Positions 11,618 to 25,050 of a stretch of 64,000 nucleotides of DNA are shown in pieces (within the stretch, counting starts at the first letter, position 1; each line of letters starts with the position of its first letter). The DNA comes from Eledone cirrhosa (Eukaryota). Position numbers and translations under genes: made by a program. The stretch lies in contig OZ024740.1 in the NCBI GenBank assembly GCA_964016885.1, positions 192,820,001-192,884,000 of the forward strand, given 5' to 3'. The notes beneath the pieces were generated by a model, which was not told where the DNA came from, searched no databases, and saw only the letters and a program-made list of their open reading frames with translations.

Positions 11618-13736
11618 CGCATACATCGCACGTGTATTAAACAGATCCCGAGACATCTCAACCGCCAATTACACGTCCATAAGCGGACATTCACAGAGCG
11701 GACACATCGACTGCCAATAGCACCCGGAGACTTGCTCCTGAAAATCAGTAAAGCAATCGACCAGTGCTACAACTCCAGAGTCCAATACGAGAAAAAACGG
11801 CTCAAGCGAAAATATGAGTGGATCTTATCGAAACGCCACAACGAGAACATCGACACTAACGAACAGACGGACCAGAACCACGTGGAAAACAACAACTTAA
11901 CAACCGCCACCGCCGCAACCACCAACACCGAGCCATACCTCAACGATGCGACGCACCTGGTCACCGACCTAACCGGCACTCTCACGAGCGACGAGTTGAA
12001 ACTCCTACACCTCGGACCCAAGTTTATCGTCTCACAAAGTCTCGACGACAGACTCAAACTCAACATCGAGGCCAACTTTTGTCGAGCCGCTTACCAACTT
12101 AAATGGGTGACCGCCATCAACAGCGCCACAGAAAATAACAGCGCCGACGCAACCCACCCCAAGTTCCCCACTTACCACCCCGACAACCCACTCCACCCCC
12201 CACCCACCAACCACGAACTCGACACTAAACTCATCAGGCTAAAACACTCCATCTCGGATATACTTCACAAACACACACACGCACAACACATAACCTCACC
12301 AAATATCAACTCATCACTCTCTCCAACCTATAATCGAAGAACCTCATCTATCTCCCCTCCGACAAGGGAAAAGAATTATGCGTCATCAGCAGAGAGGCCT
12401 ACAACACCCTAGCCCTCCAACACCTTGACGATGACGACCTCTATTCCAAGGTCACGAGAATCATTCCCGCGCAGATAGAAGAGCACATCAACTCCGCCTG
12501 GACCAACTTCTGCAACCGGCGGAAGCTCCCGAAGAAGCTGAGATACAACCTCCTCACGAGGAACAGCAGACTACCCGCCTTCTACCACCTCGTGAAAACA
12601 CACAAACAGGGACCCGACCTGAAAATCAGGCCCATCGTATCGAGCGTGGAGGGACAACTCTACAAAATTTCATGGCTCCTAGCCAGAATACTCAAACCCA
12701 TCTTAGACACCTTGCCGGGACACGTTAACAGCTCCGAGGAGGTGTTGAAGCGCCTGCATCAAATGGATCGCGACACCAGAAGGAATAACATATATGCCTT
12801 CAGCCTTGATGTGGTCGCTCTCTACACCTCGGTCCCGGCACTCCCGGCCGTCAATATACTAATGGAACGCGTCCAATCCACCGACCTACACTGCTTCGGG
12901 CTCACCACCACTGACATCCACCAACTCCTATCCATCGTCGTCGACAACACCTACTTCGGATTCCTTGACCAAACATACCAACAAACCTCGGGATTGCCCA
13001 TGGGATCAAGCCTATCAGGTGTGCTAGCGATCTCTTACATGGACAACCTCGAACGCAAGGCACTCAACGCCTGCCACCCCAACGCCGTAGCCTTTTTCTC
13101 AAGGTATGTGGACGATATCCTCATCCTCACATCTTCCCAAGACACGGCGAACAGAATCTAAGAGACGTTCAACAACACGGACGAGAACATTGACTTCAGT
13201 GTTGAACACCCCAACGAAGACGGGTCACTTGCCCTCCTCGACTTCCGAATCAACATCACGGAACAGGGAAGGTTCCACTGCAACTTCTACCGAAAGGCAG
13301 CCTGCAGGGACCTATTCGTTCACTACAAATCCGCCCTGCCTAAGAGTGCCAAAAGAGGATACATCACGAAGGAGATCGCGCGAATCAAAATCAGATGCAG
13401 CGATCCCGCGAGTGGTGTCACTCACACCAAGCGATTCCTCGAGGTGCTGGAAACGAACGGGTACCCTACCTCGATCACAGACAGAATAGGAGACACCAGA
13501 TGCAAGAGACAGAGAAGCACCCAAGGCAAGTGTTTCCTTAAAATGCCACACCTGGGCGAGAAAACCACCAACGCTATCCGCAAGGCTATACGGAGGGAGG
13601 GCCTCGACATCCACCTGGCCCACTCGGGCCCCTCCCTGCGAAGATGCCTCTCCAAGAAACCCGAAAAATCTACTGACGCATGCTCCCTCAGAGACTGCCC
13701 GATACGCCATGCGAACTGTTGCCTACGCACATACGT
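11618..13736 (+). mobile_element. Penelope-like element, right arm (inverted copy; ends at the start of GIY-YIG)
   Basis: Reverse complement of ~9485-11601 with scattered substitutions; ORF pieces 11471-12412, 12592-13161, 13444-13779; runs into an AC/AT microsatellite. Confidence 0.93.
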
Positions 13737-14365
13737 ATGCATACACACACACATATATGTATGTATATATGCATATTGAAATGCAAATATATGTACATAA
13801 AATACATAGATATATAGATACACACACACCATATAATTATATATATTTATTATGAGTTGTCATAGCGGGATAGTAACCATATTTGTGTTTCCTTTCATAT
13901 ATCAAGAAATATTAATATTAATATGCATGGATATATATGTATATCATCATTTAACCACCATTCTTCTTGCTATATATTAATATGAAGTCTTAACTGTCAT
14001 TTGGAATTTCCATGCCTGCATATTTGGTTACTTAATTCATTTTTAATTCTAAACCATTTTCAACATTACAGTTTTTCAACTCAAAATGAAAAGATGTTCA
14101 ATACAACTTTTGTTGTTAACATTTAACCTGCCCTCTTCTCAGTCAGGGAGAGAATATTTGCATAGAGTTTAAGAATTACCTTGTAAAAGCAGAAGTAACC
14201 ACTGCTTGCGTCATTTTCTCCTAGGCAAACTAAAACTGAATTAAATAGAATGAGTGAATGTAAAGAATGTATGCATTAAAATCAATATCACAATTGTTGA
14301 AAATGGAAATACTCAAATTAAAAGTCAAGCAGATTCTGAATCTGCAAAACATTCATTATTTTACT

Positions 14366-14552
14366 GTGGATTGACAGTATCGGTAGAGGGTCAGATACCA
14401 TGCTTTGATGCATAGAGTTATGGCCCTTGCCATACTGAGTTCAAATCCCGCCGATGTTAACTTTGCCTTTCATCCTTACGGGGTTGATAAAATAAAGTTC
14501 CAGTAATACACTGGGTAATTGCTGACCTTGTGCCAAAAGTTGAAACAATTAT
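14366..14552 (+). mobile_element. SINE family A
   Basis: A-box-like head, B box GAGTTCAAATCC, shared core and tail. Confidence 0.88.
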
Positions 14553-16107
14553 TTTACTGACACTTGAAGTAGAGAGTTGATTCTAAGAGAAGAATGATAT
14601 CCCAATTCCTTTACGACAATTCATTCATTAGCTCTCAATTTTGAATTCATATCGCAGCTCCATATTGACACATTTGTTTAGTAGCTGTAATATGTTGATG
14701 TTGAATGAATTAACAATATATCTTATGCTTTGTCAAAAAATTTATTATGTTAACTAATATATTCCACTTTTGATTTCATTCTTAAGATAATTTGAAATAT
14801 GTAGAAAACTTTACTTTCCTATTTATTCACCCTTTTAAATGTTGACTTCCTGAGCAACCCAACCAAAATCCCATGCTATATATAAGGCTATCCTTGTACT
14901 TCAGATAACTCTATTGTACATTCTGTTCTTAAAAGATTCATGACAAGCAATATTCTAGAAACTTCATATGAATCAGTAAACCTGAATATAGCCTACCACT
15001 GACAATGAATATAGCTTACCAACTAAACATAATACCAGAATATCTCATTGAACATCTCTTTTGAGAAAAGAGTAATGTTGAAGATCCAACAGCTATCATT
15101 GCTAAAACCTGCCAAATATTTTACATAGTTTGCCTTTGAATTTGGCAATCCCATATTGAGATTGACAACCTGTAAACAGAAACAAGTATATCTATATCTC
15201 TTTATCATAACCACATGAATTCTTTGCCAAAATATTTTGGATGAGCTTAGGTTTATTATTGCCTTTGACAAGTACTAGAGTTGTTTGAAAGGTGTAAATG
15301 ATCTAGATATCAAACATTCTTTCTATATCAAATTCAGCCTTTCCAAAGATTCTCGTATATGTATGCATATCTTCCTTCTATTTTGCAATATGAATTATAT
15401 AATGCATGAGTATATATGACAGGTTTCATGTAAAATGCTTTGATATAATACATAATTCAAAATATGAGTAATCAAATAGAAAGCTAAATTTAAATCCTTA
15501 TCAGCATCTAGCCAGCAAAACATGTAGCTAAGAAACATGATTACTTCCTGTGGTACAGCCCATCCTTGTTAAAACAGTTTCTAAATTTCAGTTGCATTGT
15601 TTAAGCTACACATCCTAATAATAATTAATATCATTTAAATACTTGAACATATTTATACTATTTCAATAAATTCAAAACCTTTAACCTGCATTCATCAACC
15701 AAAAACTACATCAACCTGAAAAAAAAACTTTCACTGAGATTGTTATATGCACCTCACTATCCCTTAAACTAAACAAAATTAAAGAACCCTGCAATGGTTT
15801 CATCATGTTCAAACTTGTTATTATTAGAGACAAATGGCAAAAACAAATATTAATCAAAGGAAAATTGTCACATTCTTTCATTTGCTCATTTTGTCTCTCT
15901 GCAGAACAAAATCTCAATAGATATTGCCTTGTGGTGCTAGCAAACAAAATTTCAAATGCATTACCTTGACGGATAGCTAGAGTGATGTACTGAAAAGTTA
16001 TTCTAGCTTGTGGGGTTCATCTTGTATGTGGCCAGTACTGTTCTAATTACAGTAAGTATGGTGTTGGTTTAGGAACACAGGATATGAGAAAGTTTCATTA
16101 TTATAGG

Positions 16108-16278
16108 TCCATTGGCAGTATTGATAGAGGGTCCAGCTTAGTTACGTCCCTTTACAATCTGAGTTCAAATCCTGCCGAGGTTAACTTTGCCTTTCATCCT
16201 TACGGGGTCGATAAAATAAAGTACCAATAATACACTGGGTAATTGCTGGCCTTGTGCCAAAAGTAGAAACAATTATTA
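16108..16278 (+). mobile_element. SINE family A with internal deletion
   Basis: Shared core and AAACAATTATTA tail. Confidence 0.88.
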
Positions 16279-17249
16279 TAGGTCCAATAATAAACCGATG
16301 AGGCAGTAGTGTGTATTTCAACTACCTGCTCTGCTGTATTTTAATGGCATCAATTCTCTATTGAAAGATGTTTTACAACTGTCATATAAGAAGCCATTTT
16401 TGGCTCTGTGGACTTTAATCAAAAACATTTTTAATGTTCACAAATTATTAATACCATTTCTAAATTACAACAAATTCTTTCTTTAATGATTTGTTGGATA
16501 TATAATGAAATCAGCATCAAGCTTTTCCCCACATATGTCATCATGAGAGATTTGTAATCTGAAGTGTCTATCTTGATGCAATAATGTAAAACCATGTGCT
16601 TTGTGAAGGAAGTGTGAAGACTTTTCCAACTGATGTCACCAAATAATTATGAAACTCCCTATCTTTGAAAGCAGAATCGTGCTTCTCAAGAGTTCCATTG
16701 ATAATATATTATTTGTTATGGTGACAATGACAATAAATAGTTGATGGAAATTTATTAAATACATGAAAATTAATATCCAAATTACTAATGTGAATAAGTG
16801 ACTATAACTTTAACTTTTCTATATGTTTTCAATAAATGCTGAGTGACAGAAATGGCAGAACAACAGAAATATATCTTAGTTTCCAACAATATTCTCAGAT
16901 AATAAGCTATGTTATAGGGGAGTACCTATAGATAACCAGTACAAACCAATCTTATCTGACATTCCTGTAGATGACATTTCTATATATAATAAAGAACTAT
17001 GTTAGGTTATATTGGAGTTTACCAATATATGTCCTGGTAAAGATTATAGAAGCTCAAGGCTAATCCATATCATTGGTCAATCAGTATATATATATATAAA
17101 TCCAAACATAAGCAAGATGCAGATCCCTGGCTTGACTTAGAGATCAGTAATCCCACTTGGTCTATGTAAGCCCATCCAACCATTGATAGCATGGACAACG
17201 GATGTTAAAATGACATAGAAGAACTTATATATATATATATATATATATA

Positions 17250-17417
17250 CCATATCTCCGGTCATTGAAGATGCTTCATCCTCAAGGACATACCCTAATC
17301 TTGACAACCAAAAGTTTGAAAAAAAATAATATACAACCTTCGGCCTCCAGGAAACATGATAGATTTTTTAGACTTATTGTAGGAAAAAAGTAGCGTTTTC
17401 GACGCCAGGAAATGCGG
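17250..17417. mobile_element. Tc1/mariner-superfamily (Tc2/pogo-like) MITE
   Basis: TA|CCATATCTCCGG..GAAGATGC and GCGTTTTCGACGCCAGGAAATGCGG|TA form decayed TIRs. Confidence 0.55.
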
Positions 17418-17479
17418 TATATATATATATATATATGCAGAGAGAGAGAGAGTTAGTTAGATAGATACATATAGATACA

Positions 17480-17646
17480 TGATGTCCTTCCCCTCAGTCT
17501 CCATCACGCCTATTTTGTTCATAAGTCATTGATCGACCCAAAGCTATGGAAGAAGAAACTTACCTAAGTTGCCACAAAGTAAGATTGAAAGTAAAACATT
17601 TTAGTCGTTGTGAAGAGAAATCATTTACTGCACAGCCAGGCCTGTG
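17480..17646 (-). mobile_element. Old tRNA-derived SINE head of a third family
   Basis: Minus strand starts CACAGGCCTGGCTGTGCAGTAA; resembles octopus SINE heads from memory; heavily diverged. Confidence 0.4.
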
Positions 17647-18726
17647 ACTATTATTAATTGTTCAGCAAACAATTTCCTATTTGCATTTTCCATATTTGAA
17701 AATATCTAGTTTACAACTTGAAACTGACTTGACCCTGTGTAACAAACAAATAAATAAATAAAGAGAAAAATTTTTAAAACATTTAAACGACAGAAAAATA
17801 AAATCATTATGAGTCATTCAAAAGGATTTGTAGCTTCCTTTTCATATTATTCGAAGAAAAATATTTTGGTAAAATAAACTTAAATAAAACAAATAATTCT
17901 ATATAATTAATATTTGCTATTTTTTTTACTTTCAAATGTTTAATATTAGAGATAAGTAACATTTTTGTCCAAGTTATCATAAATCATTTTTTGACAACCT
18001 GCTGTCTATTTTTTCTAACAGATAAAATATTTGCTTATTTCAACAGCAAAAATGCTTTTATTCCTTCCTTTGCAAAACTTTTTCCACATATTCGGAATCT
18101 ACTTTACTTGCAAAATATTTCGATTATATTTCAGAATAATTAAGCTAAATGTGGTGACCAACAATTCCGCCAATACTAACTTGGCACAAAATCTGACACA
18201 TTATATAGATATCTGCATATATGTATGCATGTGAGTAAGTGTGTGTGTGTATGAAAATTATTTTATCCGTGGCAGTTACTTGCAATGCAAATTTCACCTA
18301 ATGTCTGATCACAACCATACATACATACAACCATACACACATACATACATACATACATACATACAACCATACATTCAAACATACATGCATACAACTATAC
18401 AACTATACAAGCATACATACATACATTCAGTTGGGTTCATATTTTCACACATATGTAACATTATGTGTTTAAAAACTTTGAATAAAAGTAGTTAAAACTT
18501 ATTTTACATGTATATACAATATAAATTGCTTGTATCGAGAAGGGCATCCCATTAAAATGATGCCACCATGGATAAATAGACATAACGATAACGCTATGTT
18601 AGATATATACAGTGAAGAACACCATATACATACTTGTAAATACCATAGAATCAAATAAATGTAAACATCATAGCATATGCTTAACAAAACACTTGGTATG
18701 AAACTAAGTTCTATGATGATAATGGA

Positions 18727-18979
18727 CAGAACCATCTTTATCAAAGGGGAGGAGTCATGAGTGCCTTGGGAGCCCCTGTATTCAAACAGAGCCCCACTGT
18801 CTTCAAACGGGGCCCCTTCTACTCTCTCACTATCTCTCTCTCTCTTCCTGCTTAATTTGTATATATATACACACATTATTAGATACATTCATATATATAT
18901 GTATATATAGGGGTGTTATATGGAGGGCCCACCAAAAGTTAACTGAGCCAGACTGCCCCCAAGGTCTAAATCTAGTCTT
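18727..18979. mobile_element. Decayed hAT-like MITE
   Basis: GGGGCCCC motifs, right end GGTCTAAATCTAGTCTT, flanks ATAATGGA and ACAATGGA resemble an 8-bp TSD. Confidence 0.35.
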
Positions 18980-19700
18980 TACAATGGACAAAGTGATGAG
19001 TTTGAGATCATCTGTGTCAAGTGAGAAAAATATTGTCTTATATGTCCTTACATAAAGGTATGCTTTCAGAATCCATTAGTAACCTATAAGGAGTGAATAT
19101 CAACATTAACATCACTCCAATTGTTCTTTCTATGACCAATATTAAAATAGCTAGAATGAATATCAAGTTGATTCATTCTTCTAATGGTGGAGATATCATA
19201 GCTAACACAATAAAGGGTGTGCATAGATAAGGTGAAATTCAGTGCACCTACTGAAGGACTAGATCAGTAGGCATTCACCAGAGAATAAGAAACCTTGGGA
19301 GTGTATACAGTCAAAGAAAGATTGCTATGACAGAAACACTTGTCAATAAAGAAGATGTCATTTTAATCCTTATTCTAAAAACTATTTGCTATGTTTAGAA
19401 AACACTGATCATTTTGTTGGTTGCGGCTAGAGTAAAATTTATAAAAAAGAATTATTTTCAATCTGAATGTTGTCTCCGCATGTTCATTTAAAAGAAAATA
19501 AATTAGATTCATGAAATAGATTTGATTCATTTTTCTTTGTAAGTATCAAACAGTAAAAAACATGTTTTGTTAGGTCTACTTTATTCCTTGATATTTTTAG
19601 GCATTTTTATGTTTGTTTGAATGATCTTAGTGCATAACTGAATTTTCACTTAGGTAAAAGTGCTTTTCACATGGATTTGCTGTTCCTTAATATAAACATA

Positions 19701-20173
19701 TCGTAAATGCTGGCATACAAGTTGATCCGACGCTTAGGAAGACCCCAAAAATTCTGAGATGTAATTCAGGTTTAGGCCTATATTCACCAGATAAGACAAT
19801 CCCCTGCAAAAATAAGGCAGTACCATCTCCCCAGCCCTAGATGTGCTTGCCATTCTTTATTTGTACACTAAAATACTTCAGTTTCAAATGAGTCCTAAAT
19901 CACTGAGTAAACCAGCTGATCCTAACCTTAACACGCCTCTGGTAACATACCCTATGAGCTACAGCAAATCATTGATATTATTGTAATCTCTACGTTAAAT
20001 AGACTTAACAAACATGAGATTCAGTAAGAAATTATTGTGGTTAGGCAGGCAGTTTCACTGTTTACCCCTTAGTAGTAACGGTTCACATTTTATGTTTGGT
20101 GGACAAGTCGGCCCCTGGTTTTGAAGAGATATTTTTAGGCTCAATATGTCGACTTGTACACCAGGATATGCGG
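19701..20173. mobile_element. Tc2/pogo-like MITE
   Basis: TA|TCGTAAATGCTGGCATACAAGTTGA and TCGACTTGTACACCAGGATATGCGG|TA are imperfect TIRs. Confidence 0.6.
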
Positions 20174-20899
20174 TATTTGATGTGATGTAAATTACACACA
20201 AGCTTCATGAAGGCCATGCACTGGTCACAAATTTGCCTTGCTATATTTCCTTCATTTCTCTATAATCATAATTGTGTCATTATTGAATCCATTTATATCA
20301 AAATCTCATTGCTAGGACAATATTGTTATTGTGCTAATTCATTTGCAAAACTGAAAAGAAGATAGATCACAATTACAACACTGATTTATCGATTTCCATT
20401 TTTCTTATAAATGTTTAAGAAATTTCACAATTATATAGTTGTTTATAAATATCAAATATCACTATTCTATAACAACTGTTTATAAATGTTAAAGATTTAT
20501 TTCAAAGTATGTGACTTCATCTAAGTTACTTCACTATTTGTTTGAAAAGGCTTTAAAATGGATGCAATAAAATGAAAGTTTAAAAGTAGAAGAGAAATGT
20601 ATCTGATTATGTGGAGACTGGATTGAAAGTGTAAGAGACAGATTTATTTTTGGTCAAAGCAAAACGCTCCCAAAGTGAAGCTATTACGTGGAAATCAAAA
20701 CTGAACTAGTTCCAAATTTACAGAAAACAAACTATCTTCAGAAGAGTAAAAAGAAAAACCTTCCTAGCTTGGTTCAATGAGCTATTGCAGTAATATTAGC
20801 TGCATACTAAAGCAAGGAAATGTCTCTCTATAATTTAGAATCAAGATAAGGTGTTTCTCTTTGAAATAAGCAAGCAAGGAATTAAGATATTTGACTATG

Positions 20900-22150
20900 C
20901 AATGCTCTAAAATGACACCAAAAATGGTACTTAGATTGAAGTGCAGTTGAGATCGGAACTAACAGCTATAAGACATGGAAATTCAGGTTATAGTTTTATC
21001 AACATTGCATTTTACTGAGAGCCCTTACATCTATTTCAAGTTTATGAAATGCAGTTAAAGAGTGATGATGTTGGTAAAATAAATAAGCAAGTTTATAAAA
21101 GAAAATAACTCTGTCCATTATGCTGTGTAGTAACTACTTTTTCCATCACTTGTGAAGCAGTTTAACATAAGAAAAATCTACTGACACCTAATGGTAGAGT
21201 ATATCATGAACATAATTGTATTGATTGAGCCAATAGTGATTGATAATAGCAAGAAATTGGAATTTAATAAAACCTGTTGAAGTGTCAGAAATTAACATGG
21301 AAATGACATAGGTCATAGGCCCTCTGCCAAAATCATAGGCTGGACTGGTCTGTATATGGAACAAATATATGTCCCATGAGATTAGCAAAGCATGTGAGAT
21401 ACTGCAATAAAATATATTTACTAAATTGAAGAAATGGATTGTAAAACTAAACCAATATGCATGGGCAGAATAGAAAGCAGGCACGAAAAGCTATCAATTG
21501 TGGTTTTTGCAGTCGAAAATGGGGCAAGTTTGGTTGTGATATTTTGGGGGTGAGATGTACATCTTGCTTCCATCCATAGTACATATTAGAAGGCAAGGTA
21601 GCAGTGAGTCTGATAATTGTCATACGTACATCATTGAAGCAATATTCTGGTAGCATACAATGCTTCCTTTGCAGTATATGTCAAACAAGAAGACATCAGC
21701 ATCAAGGAAATAAGATGGCATATAACATGGTAAACAAGTTAAGACAAAGCTGTCCTTCTGAATAATACTGATGATTGGAATGTCCAGTGAATTTGGAGAA
21801 ATGGTGTATGTTCCAAAGTATTGCAATAAGGGAACAACTTTCTAATCTTATGGCTTCATCTGACTTGGCAATAAAAATCTTGATTACTGTGTTTATCATA
21901 TCTTATTTAAGTAATATAAAATGAGCACATTAAAGAAAAAAAACCTATATTATACTGGAATGAATGAGTTGTGTGAATCATGAGAAGGGCAATACAGTGT
22001 TTCAGGTTATGTGGCTAAATTCATGATGTCTTACAGGACTGGAATTGAACTTAGAAGGGTAGCAAAGCAGTGATTCATAAACTGTCAGGAGAAGCAGTGT
22101 ATGGTAGTGGAATGTAACAGATAGACCAAATCCACAGTGAATAGTAAAAC
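20900..22150 (+). mobile_element. Highly decayed RTE-like LINE remnant
   Basis: Residual similarity in order and wording to the RT C-terminal part of younger RTE copies. Confidence 0.35.
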
Positions 22151-23360
22151 AAAATAATGAAGTGTGCATTTAGCATATTTTGTGCATGAAGCTAAGAAAT
22201 AAATTTTAATTGAAATTCCAGCCCTAATGTTAAAAACAAAACATTTTGTATATCACTCTATGCAAAACGTAGATGGAGACAACTCCAATTTTTTAATTTA
22301 AATTAGTTTAATAAGGAGTCCAGTGTCTGATATTTAACAGTGTACCAACAATTCGATGCATGTTTTGATGTTACTGGATCTTGTTGGCAAAGTGAGGTCC
22401 AACAGTTACTGCAGATCTTTTAACGGTATTTGTGTGGATAACATGAGGGGAAAAGAACATGGAATTTCCCAGATAGGATAAATACTAATGGCCACATTGG
22501 GAGAAAAGATTGTGTAAATCCTTTTGATTGATGCTCTAATGACTCAGTCAATTCACCAACAATTTTCTGAGATTGGAAAAAAGATATGTTTAGAAGATTA
22601 CAAAATCTGTGTGATCTCCCATTGATATTTGATGAGAAGACTGTCTCACATTGCAAAATATACGTTTAAAAAATTGAGGCCACATTTTGTCTTATGCAGT
22701 CATAATTTACACATAGAAATCTCTTCTCCATGATGTAAACCTGTGTATGAGCTCTTTTGGCTACCTTCTTCTTATTGAATATGCTGTTCAAGAGAAAAGG
22801 AGCACTGATACAACTTTGTACCTCTCATCAAGAGCACACTACTGACAATGCAAAAAGCTGGAAGGTATACCACAAGGCCAATGCACTGACAATCCAGGTA
22901 GTTAATTAATTCATACTGAACATTATTTATTGATCATGCTCCCATCCCACCCCCCAATACATGTAAAAGAAAAGGTAACCTTCATTGCAATTTGAACTGA
23001 GGCCCACAACAGATACTGCAAAACTTTGTAACTGATGCTCTAATGACTCAGCCAATTCACCAACTAAAATGTGTATAAAATGTGTTGCCTATACACACAT
23101 ATGTATGCAAATATTTCATATCATATTTGATTTTCTGCGATAGTGTTCACCAAGTTAATTGATAGAAATGAAATGGTTAAGAAAAAATATTGAATATAGT
23201 AAATTATTCAGAGGCATATGCAATCACATATATGTTTGCATTCCAGCATGTTGAATACAAACAAATGACAGAAAGTAAAGCCAACTTAAGTGTAACAAAT
23301 TTTATAATAGACAATTACACATAACATGCTTTGCTATGTAAATTATTGTTCACTGCTTTA

Positions 23361-23402
<42 letters not shown>

Positions 23403-24289
23403 TATTGCTGTATTTTAAAAATAATTTTGATTATTTTAAATCTTTTTCTTGCTATATACCAATCAGCATCTAATTTTGCTTTAATCTATCAACATCTAAT
23501 ATATAATAACTTGGTACACCAGAACAAAACTAAAAATGCCTTGTTCCACTTGAACAGTTTTTAAACTCTATATTTTCTGACATGTGCATTAGATTATTAA
23601 AGTTATTAAAACTCTGTTCTGAGAGAGATTAGAAATATTACATGACACCTAAATGTTGTACTGTCACTGTATTTGCCTCAAGAGTTTACTACTTTTTACC
23701 ATTTTTCATTGCAATTATTACTTTTTTCTGACTATTACTATATGCAATACTTTTAATTTGGAATTGAATGGCTGTAATCTGTTGAAATATAACCAATCAA
23801 TAAATCAATAGAAAAAAGAAATAAAAACATTTTTTTGCAGAATATAAAGTGAAGTATAATATTTCTTTTATATTTCTTTTCGGAACTTCTGTTTTAAGAA
23901 TACAATTTCTAGTGAGTTATTAGAGATAATTGATCAAGATGAATAACCTATTTAGTGGAAGAAAGTCAACAGAAGAATATTACCGAATGTGGGAGTAATT
24001 AGCAAGTAAGAAGTTTGAAAGTAATAATAATGAAAAATAATAGATGAGATAATAATCAATTAAAGAATGAAAATAAAATAATAATTATAATAATTATGTA
24101 TAAGAATAGTTTAAAATGATTTACATTGTTTAACATCCTAAATCAATATTTTCAATCACTAATATTATCATTATCACTACTCATATCAATAATGAGAGGA
24201 AACTTGCTAGCTGTAGTAGTAAATGAGTAGGCTGGGGAGTATAGAAAGTATGCCACAGAACTTAAAAACCTTGAAGGAAATGACCAACA

Positions 24290-25050
24290 GAGGAAAACTG
24301 CCAACAAGCAAGTGAAAAACATCAGGCTGCTAATAAAAATGCATAGTCAAGAATAATTAGAAAACTAGCACTACCCCAAAGCAAGGAGACTTATGTAAAC
24401 TAGAAATTACTGATCAGTGGTTTAGGATTTCAGGAATAGATACAAAGATAGAATGGTTCATGCTAAAGACACAAGTAACTGTCAAGTTCAAGTCATAAAA
24501 AATTGTGGAAATCCAAATTGCAGGTTTTATGACCAATAAAATAAAACAATTATTCCAGGCTAGCTGGTATTGATGCCAAATGAGAATAATAACTGCCATG
24601 TTAATATAGGCAATAGCTGCACTGGAAGCTATGCAACCATTACAAAATATAAACAGCTATCAACATTTATGAACATCACTCAGAGGAAGTAGTACTTTGT
24701 GATTTCCCAGTGAGCACGGACTGGACTATTCAAGTAAAATAGTGCAGATATCATCACGAACAGGAATGATAAAAGCTGCAAATTAATTAATATGTATGTA
24801 TCAACAAATATAAACATATTGATAAAATATTTTTCCAAATTAATCAAATACAAAGATCTAAAGAGAGAGACTGAATTGATGTGGTACCTTATAATGCAAA
24901 CAGTAACACTCATTATAGGAGCCTTAAGTATGATAAGAGATGGTTATGGGAAATAGCTTAGCATTAATCGAGGTGAACCTTCTTTTCATGAAATACAAAA
25001 ACTAGCATCATCTAGCACAGCACACATAATATGAAAATTTCATCCATCCT
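24290..25050 (+). mobile_element. R4/Dong-like non-LTR retrotransposon remnant (restriction-like endonuclease end)
   Basis: Translates to LCDFPVSTDWTIQ..ADII..KLIKYKDLKRETELMW..IIGALSMI..EIQKLA..STAHII. Confidence 0.75.

Noticed and set aside
11471-11694. Apparent N-termini of the 313 aa and 268 aa ORFs crossing the palindrome centre
   Set aside because: They are antisense reads of the opposite arm, not real PLE N-termini.
14179-15990. Possible minus-strand exons near 14180-14235, 15020-15168 and 15965-15990
   Set aside because: Splice-like sites exist but no consistent stop-free multi-exon frame could be assembled.
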